A stretch of DNA of 61,854 nucleotides, filler included, from Thelocarpon superellum (taxonomy: Eukaryota), in the NCBI GenBank assembly GCA_026025795.1. It is 3 parts of 3 records of this genome, joined end to end, with 100 filler letters (N's around TTAATTAATTAA, not from the genome) between each part and the next. Parts side by side here need not be neighbours in the genome. Positions count along the whole stretch, not along the records: positions 20,708 to 41,307 come from JAPEUG010000322.1; positions 41,408 to 61,854 come from JAPEUG010000324.1; 1 more part is not named here. One strand, given 5' to 3'. The first letter of the stretch is position 1. Every line of letters starts with the position of its first letter. The translations under genes and the position numbers were made by a program. The notes under the pieces were generated by a model, which worked only from the letters and a program-made list of their open reading frames with translations, ran no database searches and was not told where the DNA came from. This document shows positions 37,976 through 49,089 of the stretch, in pieces.

Positions 37976-39692
37976 ATACCGCAGCGTGTGTGGTGATGAC
38001 GGGGCAGGTGGTGTAGAGGGTCGGACAAGAGGCGATGATGAACCCTGTCCAGTCGCGACAAATCTTCACGATGATGCTTCTTTGCCACGCGGGTGGAGGT
38101 GTTGGCAAGACCGGTAAAGCGGGTTGGTCGGCGTTGCAGGTGCCTGGGACAGTCACGGCGGCTCAGCGGGGGCCAGGTGATGGGGCAGTAGGGAGGTAGA
38201 ATGACAGAGTAGTCTCTGCGTGCACAGTGAGGACGATCTCTGACACGGTGGGCAAGTGGGCGGTTCCGAAGCGTGGTGGTAGCAGCGATGGCAAATCTGG
38301 AGGAGGAGGCGGAGGAGGAAGGACTAAAAGGTCGAGGGGTGCGCGACTCGTGTGGCTACTGGTATCGATACCTCGTTCTCCCTCTCCAGCAACGGTGGAA
38401 CAGTCGGAGCACCAAGTACGAGTACCGTCTCACCAGGCAGAAGGGTGCCTCGCTTGGGGCAGCAGATTCAGTCGTGGTGGCTGTGGCCGTGGCAGTCCGG
38501 TTGAGTCCGGGTGCGAGTGGTAGGGTGATTTGTCGGTCTTTTCCCTCATGCACCGGCACGCATGCACGTCCCAACACCGCCAATGCACCTGCACCATCCT
38601 TCGCTTGCCGAACGCCTCATGTCTGCAAGGCCCAAGCCACCGAAAAGTATCGACTGGGGTCGGCCTCCTCTGCACACCAATGGCACCATGCATCTCAGAC
38701 CCCCGTTTCCTTCTCCATCATCTACAGCACAGCTTTCAAACCACGACGCCACAGACGAGCGTCCCTTGGGACCCACCTACTGGACTCGTACGCCCACGAC
38801 CTCTCGTCCTCCTCTCAGAGCGGCTTGGTCGTGAAGGACGATGTGGCACCAAAGTGGGATGACAAATGTCCGTGGTAGCGTGTCAGAATGTGAGCGTGAC
38901 AATAATCCCCATGATCTGCACACATTGGATGCGACCGCAGACATTCACCAATCGGCTTGGGGCAGAGTTTCCAGTCCTTGTCTTGATGCAGCTCCCGTGT
39001 AATAGAATAGATTCGACCATTATGCCCGATGGGTGTGCAGACTGGTGTGCAGACTGGTGTCTGCATTGCTGGCCACGACTTCTGTAACCTGCCCGCATCA
39101 TCATGGCCTAGACCGCCCTCATTCTCGGTAAATCCGAAAGACCCCAACATATCCACCAATCAAACCGATGGAATGAGGGCACGCGTTTGAGGACCTTAAG
39201 ATTACATGGAGCTCTTCATGATATTCGGAGACCTCCAGCATATCAGAGTTGGAAGGAGCTCAACATGTATACAACAACGCCATCGACGTGGCACTGGACA
39301 TGCGATCCACCAAGGCGGCCGCGACCACCATCTGGACTTTGATTGCTCAAGGAGTGCTTCAAGAATGTGGTGCTGGAAAAGATCCCAATTTCTGGACGAA
39401 TGTAGCCACAGATTTCAGTTCTATCCAAAGCAGAGAATAAACGTCCTAGGGTCTCGTGTGACCTTGACCGACCACAGTTGCCTCCCGACAGTACCTCGGG
39501 AGCTCATGCGAGAGAGGGATACGATACGCCCCATGGATGGGATAGCACAGCAGATGATGAACTTGAGGCTCTGCCCGAATGACGTTTTGGGGTTCTGCAC
39601 GTTTGAAGAATACGGATCAAGGTACTACGTAAGATTCTCGAATACCTGGCCCTGTCTTCTTTCATACCTGAATACTGATAGGACGAGCCAAG

Positions 39693-40825
39693 TCACCGCG
39701 CCAGGAGCGGAGTGTCGGCAAAGGTGGAGAGCATAAAGCTGTGATGCCGCCGTTAGGAGCGGCTTCCTCGATCCAAGGTAACGGGCACTTACCGGGTAGG
39801 GTAGCGGTCCCCATGGACCACAGCCGCCTCCACCACCTTTCGGATCTCCACAACCTCGCTCGGGCTGAGCGTGACGTTCAAGGCTGCCACGTTCTCCTCC
39901 AGCCCCGTGATCCGCTTCGTCCCCGGGATGGGAATGACGTCCTCGCCCTGCGCCATCAACCAAGCCAACGTGAGCTGACCCGTCGTGCACTGCTTCCGCA
40001 CCGCGATGGATTGGAGCTCTTCGACGAGGTGCAGATTCTTGGGGAAATTCTCCGGAGAGAAGCGCGGGAACATCCGTCGAGGGTCTCCCTCCTCCAAGTC
40101 GTCGAGGCTCTTGTATCGACCGGTGATCATGCCTCGGCCCAGCGGGCTGTACGCCACCACCGCCACGCCCAGCTCCCGGCAGGTCTGCAGGAGGGCGATC
40201 TTGGGATCCTCGATGTCCAGCGCAAACGGGCTGTATTCAATCTGCACCGCCGCGATAGGGTGCACCGCGTATGCCCGCCGCAGTGACTCGGACGAACACT
40301 CGCTCAGCCCGAGATAGCGGACTTTGCCCTCGTGTTTGAGCTTTGCCATCGCCCCCACCGTCTCTTCGATCGGGACCGTCTGATCGAGGCGATGGCAGTA
40401 GTAGAGATCGATCTGCTCAACGCCCAACCTGCGCAGGCTCTTCGCGCATGCCTGGGCCACGTAATCGGGGTCCCCTCGGACGCTTCGCTCGCCTTGGGCG
40501 TCGACGTAATTCCCGAATTTGGTCGCCAGGAAGATCTCGTCCCGCTTCCCCGTCCGTTGGAACCATTTCCCTAGCAGCTCCTCGCTGTCGGCATAGATGT
40601 CTGCCGAATCCCAAAACGTCTCCCCGAGCTCGTACGCCCGGTCCAAGACCTTGAATCGATCATCGTCCGATGCGATCGTCCCATTGTATAAACTCAGTTG
40701 CATGACCCCAAAGCCCAACGCGGTCACTGAGCGGGCTTAAGCATTTGTCTCGTCGGCGGGGACACGATCAGTTGCTCACCTTGCGGCCCATTCTTGCCCA
40801 ACGGGCGCGTTGGCAGAGAGGGCAT
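39693..40825 (-). CDS. Aldo-keto reductase (YakC/AKR13-like); 3 exons
   Basis: MPSLPTRPLGKNGPQ|VTALGFG, WDSADIY, FLATKFG, DLYYCHR, GLSE, QIEYSPF, YSPLGRG, IPIPGT. Last exon FMLSTFADTPLLAR*. Confidence 0.93.
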
Positions 40826-41307
40826 CGTGGCTCACGCTGTCAAAGATCCTGAGGCGTGAAGCGCAATATGGCGATATGGCGTCGAGATGCTGGTGGTAAG
40901 ATACACGGCGGATGGCCACAAGTCAAGCGTGGGAAACCGGGCCCTTTTGTACTTGAGATCCAAGCCCCATGCCCCAAGCCCCAAGCTCCGAATCGCCGCT
41001 CGCCCTCCCGGCGTTAAGTCCAGCATGATGTTCTGTGACGCCTTGCGCGACAGAGGCGGGAGTCAACGATTCGGAGATAAGCGAAAGAAATAACCCCGAA
41101 GAATCACGGCTTTTACGGAAGCTTCCAAACCTGCGAGACCTGTCGACTTGACCCCTACCACCACTACTAGTGGGTACTAATACTAACAGTATCCACCTAG
41201 AAACCGGCCACACCTAGAAACCGGCTACTTTTCTCTCGACCCTACCTCCACGATCAGCCACAACTCCACCACCACAACTGCTACTTATCAACCCTTAGAG
41301 ATGTAAG

Positions 41308-41407
41308 NNNNNNNNNNNNNNNNNNNNNNNNNNNNNNNNNNNNNNNNNNNNTTAATTAATTAANNNNNNNNNNNNNNNNNNNNNNNNNNNNNNNNNNNNN
41401 NNNNNNN
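41308..41407. other. Artificial contig spacer (N44-TTAATTAATTAA-N44)
   Basis: Same 100-nt linker as at 20608. Confidence 0.98.
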
Positions 41408-41746
41408 GATCGGCGAACCCCGGACAGGACTGTCAGAGCCGATCGGGATCGTCTGCTGGGACGCAAAGGAGCCATGGACGGAGTCTCCTCCCAGAGCAAA
41501 CACGTTCTTTTTGCACTTGCTGCACGGGACCATCCGTGCGTGGCTCGCCGATGGGCGAAACCGCACCGGTAACCCGTTGATCCAGTGACGGCAATGCCCG
41601 CATTTTGCGTGGACGAGGAGCGTAAATGTGCTTGACGCAGCCGCGTTCGTGGCGGAAGAGAAGCGCGGGAGTCCGTGGCTACGCTTGCGAATCCTGTTAG
41701 GGCGGAAGCGTTGGCTCAGGGCCGCTGCCGCCGACCAAAGAGACAT
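41408..41746 (-). CDS. Hypothetical protein, 5' fragment truncated at the contig edge, with paired CxxC motifs
   Basis: ATG at 41746, open to the contig end. Contains CGHCRH...CSKCKK (zinc-ribbon-like). Confidence 0.5.
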
Positions 41747-43870
41747 GGTGGGATTGATGGAGGTGCCAATCCACCATCGGACGATCTAAGGCGTGACGAG
41801 GCGCCGACCAGCGAGACGCAACAGTGCAAGACGTGGCGGGTCGTCGGGTCTAAGGAGAGTCAGCCTACATCAGGCCACGGCGAGGACGAAGCTGTCGAGG
41901 TGGACTTACAAAAGAGCAGGCGTGCGATGGACATTCATAGACGCCGGCTGATTGGGCGACGTCGATAAGCACTCAAAGACGGCGGAAACATCAAACAAAT
42001 GACGGAGCCTGAAGGCCCGCATGTGATGAGGAAGGAGACGGCACCGGGACGTTGTGAATCATTGGAGGTAGGACCGGGGGGCCAAATCCATCAAGCCTCA
42101 GGGGCCGGCGCTATCATATATGCAAGATCATCATGCACAGACCACTTGGAGGCCGCCGACAAAGAACAATAGAAGGGATGAGGAGAGGAAACAAGCGAGG
42201 CCAGGAGGCCTGCGCCCACTCGCGTGTACCTGTGTACCTGAGCACGGGGGCCCCCAAGGATCGGGTAGATCCATCTCTCACTGGCTAGGCTGACCAGCGG
42301 TTAATGAGGCTCAAGCTGCGTCATACTGCTGCCACAGCGCGACAGACGGCAGTTAGGGGTGCGTACATCCTCTGCACTTCGTACTTCGGCTCGCTCTAGC
42401 GCCGACACTCTAAGGGGGACCACACCGACACCGCCACCCTTCCCGGGCGCCACCTTTCCCGGACGACGTGGCTGTGAAGGTTGCCACTCCGCCCAAATCC
42501 AGGCACCCGCGGCGAAAAGGTCAAGTCACAAACGCACGAGCCACGATCTGGACCGATGGAGTACCCTCCATTTTTCCGAACCTGCATCGTACGGCTCGAA
42601 TGATGCGCCATGCAGACACCGCATCGAACAATCTTTGACTCGCAGATGCCATGGCTGGGATGAGCATTGGCTACTCGAGGGACGGAACATCCATAGCTCG
42701 TGCGGACGGCACTTTCCGAACAGCCCATGATTCTACTGGGCCCGGGGTGGTAGACATTGCAGCCAAGTAGGGATGACACGAGAATCACTCCCACCACGTC
42801 ATTATTTGGTCGAGAGGTGGCCGTCGAAGGAGGCCGATTGTGCGGGGAGTTGCTGTCGTGGGCATGTGCTGGGTCTTGGTCGATGCCAAGCGCGCCGGCC
42901 CTTCCTCCATCGAGAAGAGCTTGGTGCAATCACAAGGTTCACTAGGCTGCTGCCGCCACTATCTTTGTCGACCTGCACAGCCGAAAAGCATCATGGGTAC
43001 GCTTGCCCGGATCGTGTGCTTCGTACTAGTGCGCGGAAGCAATGGCTCCTGGAACCGTGCCAAGTAGGAATGAATCCGTACAGTAGATGACCGCTATGCA
43101 GGTGGTGGATGGCGTAAGAGTGGGGGATCCCAAGGTATTACGTTGTGAGGACATCGTGCGCCATCCCAAGCCATCGCTAACCAACTTGCTAGCATAGTAC
43201 TTCGTACTACTGTAGTTAGTGCCTGACGGGAAGAGTTCGATCCCTCTTGAACAGCCAGGTTACGGTGTAGTCAATAGTCTGTCACGGCTTGAGCCAACGC
43301 GGATGCCTAGACCACTTTTGCGTACTATCGCGTGCTAGTGTCTTCTCGGGGAGCCCAGGCGTAGCCGGGCGGTTGAGGTGGCACGCGGTGTCCTGCGGGG
43401 AGCATGATCGGACGGTGCTCAAGATCCTGCCGTCGTCTGGGTGTACGAATGTGTGCCTGATGCAGAGCCTCATTGGCTCATGTAGCCCAGGCAGGCACGA
43501 TCGATGGGTCAGGGCTCGGCCCGCCAGGGGCCCCGGCAGAGCCACGGTTCCTCTGGTCGTGGCGTGGGACTTGTGTACGCCTAGTATGAAGGCGGGGATG
43601 AGTACGAGTACGAGTGGGTGCACGGGTCTCGTATCGCCCTTCATCAAGCCTCGCTACCGCGACGAGAGAGTTGCAGAAGGGCATCGAAGCTCCTCCGATG
43701 GCCCTCCGTTCTGTGACATTACTGCGATGGACGCCTCAAGTGCTGCGCCCTAGTGGGCCATCCCAGGTGGTGGAGATGCGAAAAGGTGATACGAAAACGA
43801 AATATCGCACCAGAACCTCAACAGATACGGTGACAATGGCCCAACACGGGTGACAGCGGACCAGCCACCA

Positions 43871-44909
43871 CTAGTACCCGCACTTCTCTGGCGGCGTAGG
43901 CATCTCCAGCGGATACACTCCGTCCCCGGGCACCACGTCAGGGCCTGGATTCGGGTACTTCACCTCGGCCGTGGTGTGTGGCGTGGCACAGCCTAGTGCT
44001 AAGATCAGCCATGGTCCTCAATCAGACGTCCGTGCATGATCTACACCCACCATTGCCCGTGTCGGCGATCAGCATCGCAGGCCGCTGGCCATACGACATC
44101 ACCGTGCGCTTCCGCATGTGAACCTCCCGTCCCCCGGCGTGTCGATGATGCAGCAGCGCTCGTAGGGCAGGCTGCGTGGGCGGGCAGGTGCATTGGCAGC
44201 CATCGGCGGAGTAGGTGTGTGCAAGCGCCGCCATGGCAGAATACGACCCCGCAGGGCTGGTCGGGTCGGTTGTCGTTGTTTCGTTCGTGATGGTCACTGC
44301 GGCACAATTCATGTTGAACTCCTGTTCGCGATTGAACCACGTCCTATGCCTATGTCAGCCCCCTGCCGCACAAATGGAAGAGGAATCTGACCAGGCAAAG
44401 ACGACGTCTCCGGCGGGGATGTCAGCAGGCACTGTGAAGTTGAAGGTCTGGCCGCTCGCGTCCTCGCCTCCGCTACGGTGCGGACAATTTCCTTCGTATG
44501 AGGTCGCGACCTGAAAGCTCTTGCCCTGGTCGATGCTGAACCCCACTTGACACGAGCCGCCCCAGTGATTCCCGATCCCGGAAATGCTGTGAACATGTCA
44601 GCGTCGCCCCTGTCGTGGTCACTGTGACAGTCTGGCCGGCTCCAGCTCCACTCACTTCCAGTTCTGCACGCTACCTGCTGTCCAAGTGGCCACCGAGGCG
44701 CCCTGACGCGTCCCCAGCAGACGTAAGTAGCCTCCGCAGGGAAAGGGAGTGGTCCGGCCACAACAGTTGAAGGGGTATTGCAGATACTCGTCGGCTGGAT
44801 CCGTACGATGCGGATTGTTGGCGCCGCCGAAAGGCGGAGGATAGACCAACTGCATGTGGCCCCACACGGCAGTCACAAAAAGCAGCACGGTCAAGATATT
44901 GTGGGTCAT
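43871..44909 (-). CDS. Lytic polysaccharide monooxygenase, AA11 family; 4 exons
   Basis: 17-aa signal peptide, then His1 (HMQLVYPPP), FPCGGY, NHWGGSCQ, SYEGNCP, FTVPADIPAG..FAW|TWFNREQEFNMNCAAV, RPAMLIADTGNG|CATP..VKYPNPG. Three GT-AG introns restore the frame. Confidence 0.88.
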
Positions 44910-45488
44910 GATGACACAGAGACCAGGTTCCAGACCTGGTGGGAGTGCGAAGAGTCGTTGGTGGAACAGTGGATGGAGTAGTTGTTGAGGAAGCAGATGG
45001 AGCAAGTGATGGAACAGCTGATGGGACAGATGGCAGTTGGAATGACTGGTGGCGAGGTGTGTAAAGAGTCGCTGTCGAAGCTTGAAGGATCGTCCGTGGG
45101 AAAAAGAGTGCTGCAGTGGAAGGTAAGAAGAGCTGAGCAAGAGCAAGATGATCACAGACAAAAGAAGAGAAGGTGAGAGGAAGAGCTACGCGCGAGCTAT
45201 TTATCCTTGGACAAAGTAGTGAGCATGAGCATATGTTACGCCCGTGGACAGTCACTCTCTGAGGGCTATTGTCAACAGCGGATTTGGGTCAGCGGCAACA
45301 CTAGAACTCAGGCACGGTCCCCAGCGAATCATATTACGGGCAGAAGTGAATCGGTCAAGCTCGAAATGAGGATTCTAACGACGCTTTTGTTCCACTGTGG
45401 TGTCGTTACCAAGACATCACCTTGGCGAGCAATGTGTCACATCCCGTGAAGATGCTTGTGCCACTCGGCCGTTAAGGGCCTGCAGTCC

Positions 45489-47984
45489 TTACCGCCCACC
45501 GCCGTAATCGGGTTTGTGTACCTTCACTCCGTCCGCCCCCATCAGCTCGCGCAAGGCCATGGTAGCATACTGGCTTGTGCCGAGTCGCAGTCGCAAGATC
45601 ACCGCTACCTTCGATGCGGCCGGAGTACCCTCGACGCCCACCGGCTCCGGAGCCGGACCGTCGCCGCGTGATGTCTTTTGAAGCTTCTCCAGGTCCGTCT
45701 GGACCAGCTGCTCATCCTCCCGCTCGTAGCCTTGGATCGTGAAGGATGCGCCGGTCTCTCCCAACGGCCGGGCGAGTAGCTTCCGATAATTTCCGCTCAG
45801 GCTGATGTCCTTCCATTTCCGCCGCATGTCCGATGGATCGAGACCACCGCCCCGTGCACTGCCCATGAAAGTCTTGTAGAAGTCACCGACGGAGTTGGCT
45901 GGGTACTGTACATCGAAGCCAGGTGTGGGTAGCACGACGTCGAAGACGTTGTATTTCTGGCTGTCGACTTCCGCCTGCGATAGTGCTCGCGCACGGACGT
46001 AGGGATCGCCGAAGACCCGAGTCTTCTCCTCGGACGCCGCATGTATCACCACTTCGCCGCTCTCGTCGACTTCTTCGGCCTCGGCCGCGTTGGACTCAGC
46101 CGCCGGATGCTCGTGGACCAAAACCAGGTCACCGGCGATGACGGCAGACCCATGTCGCTTCCATCGCTCTCCCGCCACCACGTTCCAGACCAGCGACTGA
46201 TATGCGTGGACGAACATGGTACGCAAGTTGCGCGGCACCGACTGAAGGGCCCCTTGAAAGTCGTTGCTCCGGTCGGGATGTCCCAGGTGTCGCAGCAAGG
46301 CCGTCTCGGCGGAGAACTTGTAGGGGAGCATTTGAAGGGCCGACGGGAGGTCGCCGGTGGTACGGAAGGTATGTAACGCTTGCGCTCGAGCCTTGTCGTC
46401 GGCGCTGATGAGCGCCTTCGGGTTGGTGGAGGCCGAGTCTGGTTCGTGGGCGAGAATGTCCGGGTTGAAGGAGAGGATCTCGTCACACGCGGCTTTGAAC
46501 TCTCCTTGCAACATCTTGAGTCCGATGGTATCCGTCCGAGCGCTGAAGGTTCCGAAACGTTGTAGACCAAAGTAGTTGAGATAGCCCTGCTCCTTCAAGC
46601 TGGTCAGGGCGCCCTCGACCAGCGTCACGGCGGCTGCCTGGTCCTCCGTCATGTTCGGCCCATTCGCGACCGTGATCTCTGCCGCGGGAAAGTGGCAATC
46701 ACGCAAGGTGATGACGAATTCGTTCCCCGACAGCTGTCCGAGCTCCAGGCCGCTGCGACGATACTCGAATCCGCCCAGCTTTGACCCACGGAGCGACCGA
46801 TTCAGTGCGGCCAATCGATCCGCATTCACCCGAAACACGCTCGCCCGTTGTACCGTGACGGCACGGCGATCCTTCGTGCCGGCGAACTGGAAGTTCTTGA
46901 CGTTGACCTTCAGCTGGCGCGCAAGAAAAGAAATGACCTCCATGGTGTCTTTGTTCTCTTTGTAGATGGAGAAATGCAGATGGTCGCCGCCCAGGTCCTT
47001 CCAGCTTGGCTTGTTGGTCGCCGGTGGAGGTCCCCATCCGCGTTGCCCTGATTGCCCTGGTCGTGCCCGAGTATTCCACTGGCCGGACGCGCACGCAATG
47101 ACGATGGCGCCATCGTCGTCGGTCGTCGTGTCCAGGCGCGAGGCAAAGATGCGTCGGACGGATTGGTGGATGTTGGTGCGAGCTTGGCGGTCGATGATGA
47201 CGCCGGATTTGACCGAGCCGAACTCCGCCGGCTTCTTCTGGGGAGAGGCGAGGATGCGTTCGTAGAGGGCCACAATCGCATCGCGGGTGTCTTCCCCGAA
47301 CAACGACTTCAGCTCGTCTGCATCGCTGCCACGAATCTGCGAGTGACGGTCAGCTCATGGCCTCCGCTGCAGCGTTGGGCTGATCTACCGTCTCCGACGA
47401 CTGTTCCTTGATCACTAGATCCGTCGCTTCTTGGGCTACCGGCGTGGCATGAGGCTCTCCAGTGCTTGCCGTGGGGACTAAACCCGGCTCGGGCGCTCCG
47501 AGCGGGGCTACGATCGAATCCTCGGTCGCCCGCCCTGCCACGCCGGACGCAGGCGGCACTTGCGAACTGGGCTTCGGCACCGCCGGCTTCTTGGATGGCG
47601 GCTTGAGGTTGTCCAAGTGCACCACCTCACCAGATGGAAGGATCTCGTTGACTAGAAAGTCTGTGTACCTACAACGATCCTCAGGACAGTCAGGGGAGGA
47701 CAACAAGGCAGTGATCTGACAGGCAACACGTGCCTCTTCTTTAGAATGCCCGAGAACCTCGGAAGGTTCACATTGACGTATTCGGTGATGCCCACTTCTG
47801 CCTCACGCTGTGACTGTAGGTCGCTCGAAGATGCTGGCGACGAGGAGGGCATGGTTTGAATGGCTTGTATCGATGGAGTGCTACCATTGGCACGCGGCAG
47901 GGAGTCCGCTTCGAGCGACGGTGGCGGCGATGAAAGCTTCTGGCGCTTCCGTGCCGATGATGGTAGCGGATCTACCGACGACAT
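45489..47984 (-). CDS. PUS7: Pseudouridine synthase 7 (TruD family); 3 exons, first intron GC-AG
   Basis: EAEVGITEY..FSGILKKR|YTDFLVNEI, YKENKDTME, catalytic FAGTKDRRAVTVQ, GNEFVITLR, NYFGLQRFG, HAYQSLVWN, YATMALRE. Confidence 0.95.
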
Positions 47985-49089
47985 GATCAAGAGCAGGAAA
48001 CGGATGCAATAATGACCTCGACGGCTGCGCCTTCACGCATCCCAATAATCACGCTTGCTGGCAGCTGGACCTGACGTGACTGAAGCATGTATGGCCCCAG
48101 TCACCTACTGTGCACGGTACTATCTTCACCACAGTTACCAGACTCTCTTCCAGCGTCTTCAGTCTTGCGTATAATCTTTCGATCAGAATCGAGCAGTATC
48201 CACGTAGTGAAATACACAGGACGCATATCTTCGAATGTGCGCGCACCGGACGAGAGCCTGGCAATTTGGAAGGTACGAGTGGGATGACAAAGCCCACTGT
48301 GTTACCGTTACCGAGCTACTCCCGCTTCTAGCGCCAACGGGACCCGGTCACTGGGCGGTGATCGCCACAGGGCCGCTCGCCGACGAGATCTGGATCTCGC
48401 TTGCGACGGGATTTGAGGTGCCGCATGGACCCAAAACAAACAATCCCCACAGCTTGAATCACTGTTATTACCGCAGCGGTGCAACATCCACGTAGAATTC
48501 CATGAGAAATGTGCTTGATCAGAGAGCGTCATTGCTGGGGGGGAGAATCCTCGAGTGAACCAGATACAGTTCGTGATTGTCGTGCAACAGGAAGTGCACT
48601 GCATGTGAGCGGGAGCGCTGAGTGGTTGTTGGGGGTCCCCCGGCCGAGTACGAACGCACGCGAGGGTGTGGGTGAGCTTGAGGTGCCGCCAGGCCAAGCA
48701 AGGACACAGTCACCCAGCAATCTCGTTCGTCGAAGGCCCAACTCGGACTGCAACAACGCCTACGACAGCTCACTTCGCTCAAGCTGCACTTCTTACAATC
48801 CACCCCACCGCCGCCATCTGCAAGTAGGCGCACGAACGTGTCCACTGCAGTGCGTGCGCAGTGCTCGCATCAGTCCCCTCCCCTTTCCCACCGCCCGCAC
48901 TCGGAGACTATGCCCGCCGCCGTCGAGCTTCATGTCGAGTCGAGCGGTCCCGAAGGGACGGCCCGGTAACTAGAGAGCTTGCATGTGTGCCACGCGAACG
49001 TGACGGTATGTGAGACAATCACACTTCCCTGACCACGCATTGCTTGCGTCCCATCAAAGCTCGACGCTCATTCTATTCTAGTAGACGTC

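Noticed and set aside
39249..39440. Protein-like 63-codon stretch (..VYNNAIDVALDMRSTKAAATTIWTLIAQGVLQECG..)
   Set aside because: No convincing upstream exon or start and no recognisable family. It could be a gene relic but I cannot support a call.
43183..43256. tRNA/SINE-like A-box (TAGCATAGT 43190) and B-box (GTTCGATCC 43235) at tRNA-like spacing
   Set aside because: No D-loop GG, and the acceptor and anticodon stems do not pair. Probably chance. tRNAscan-SE would settle it.
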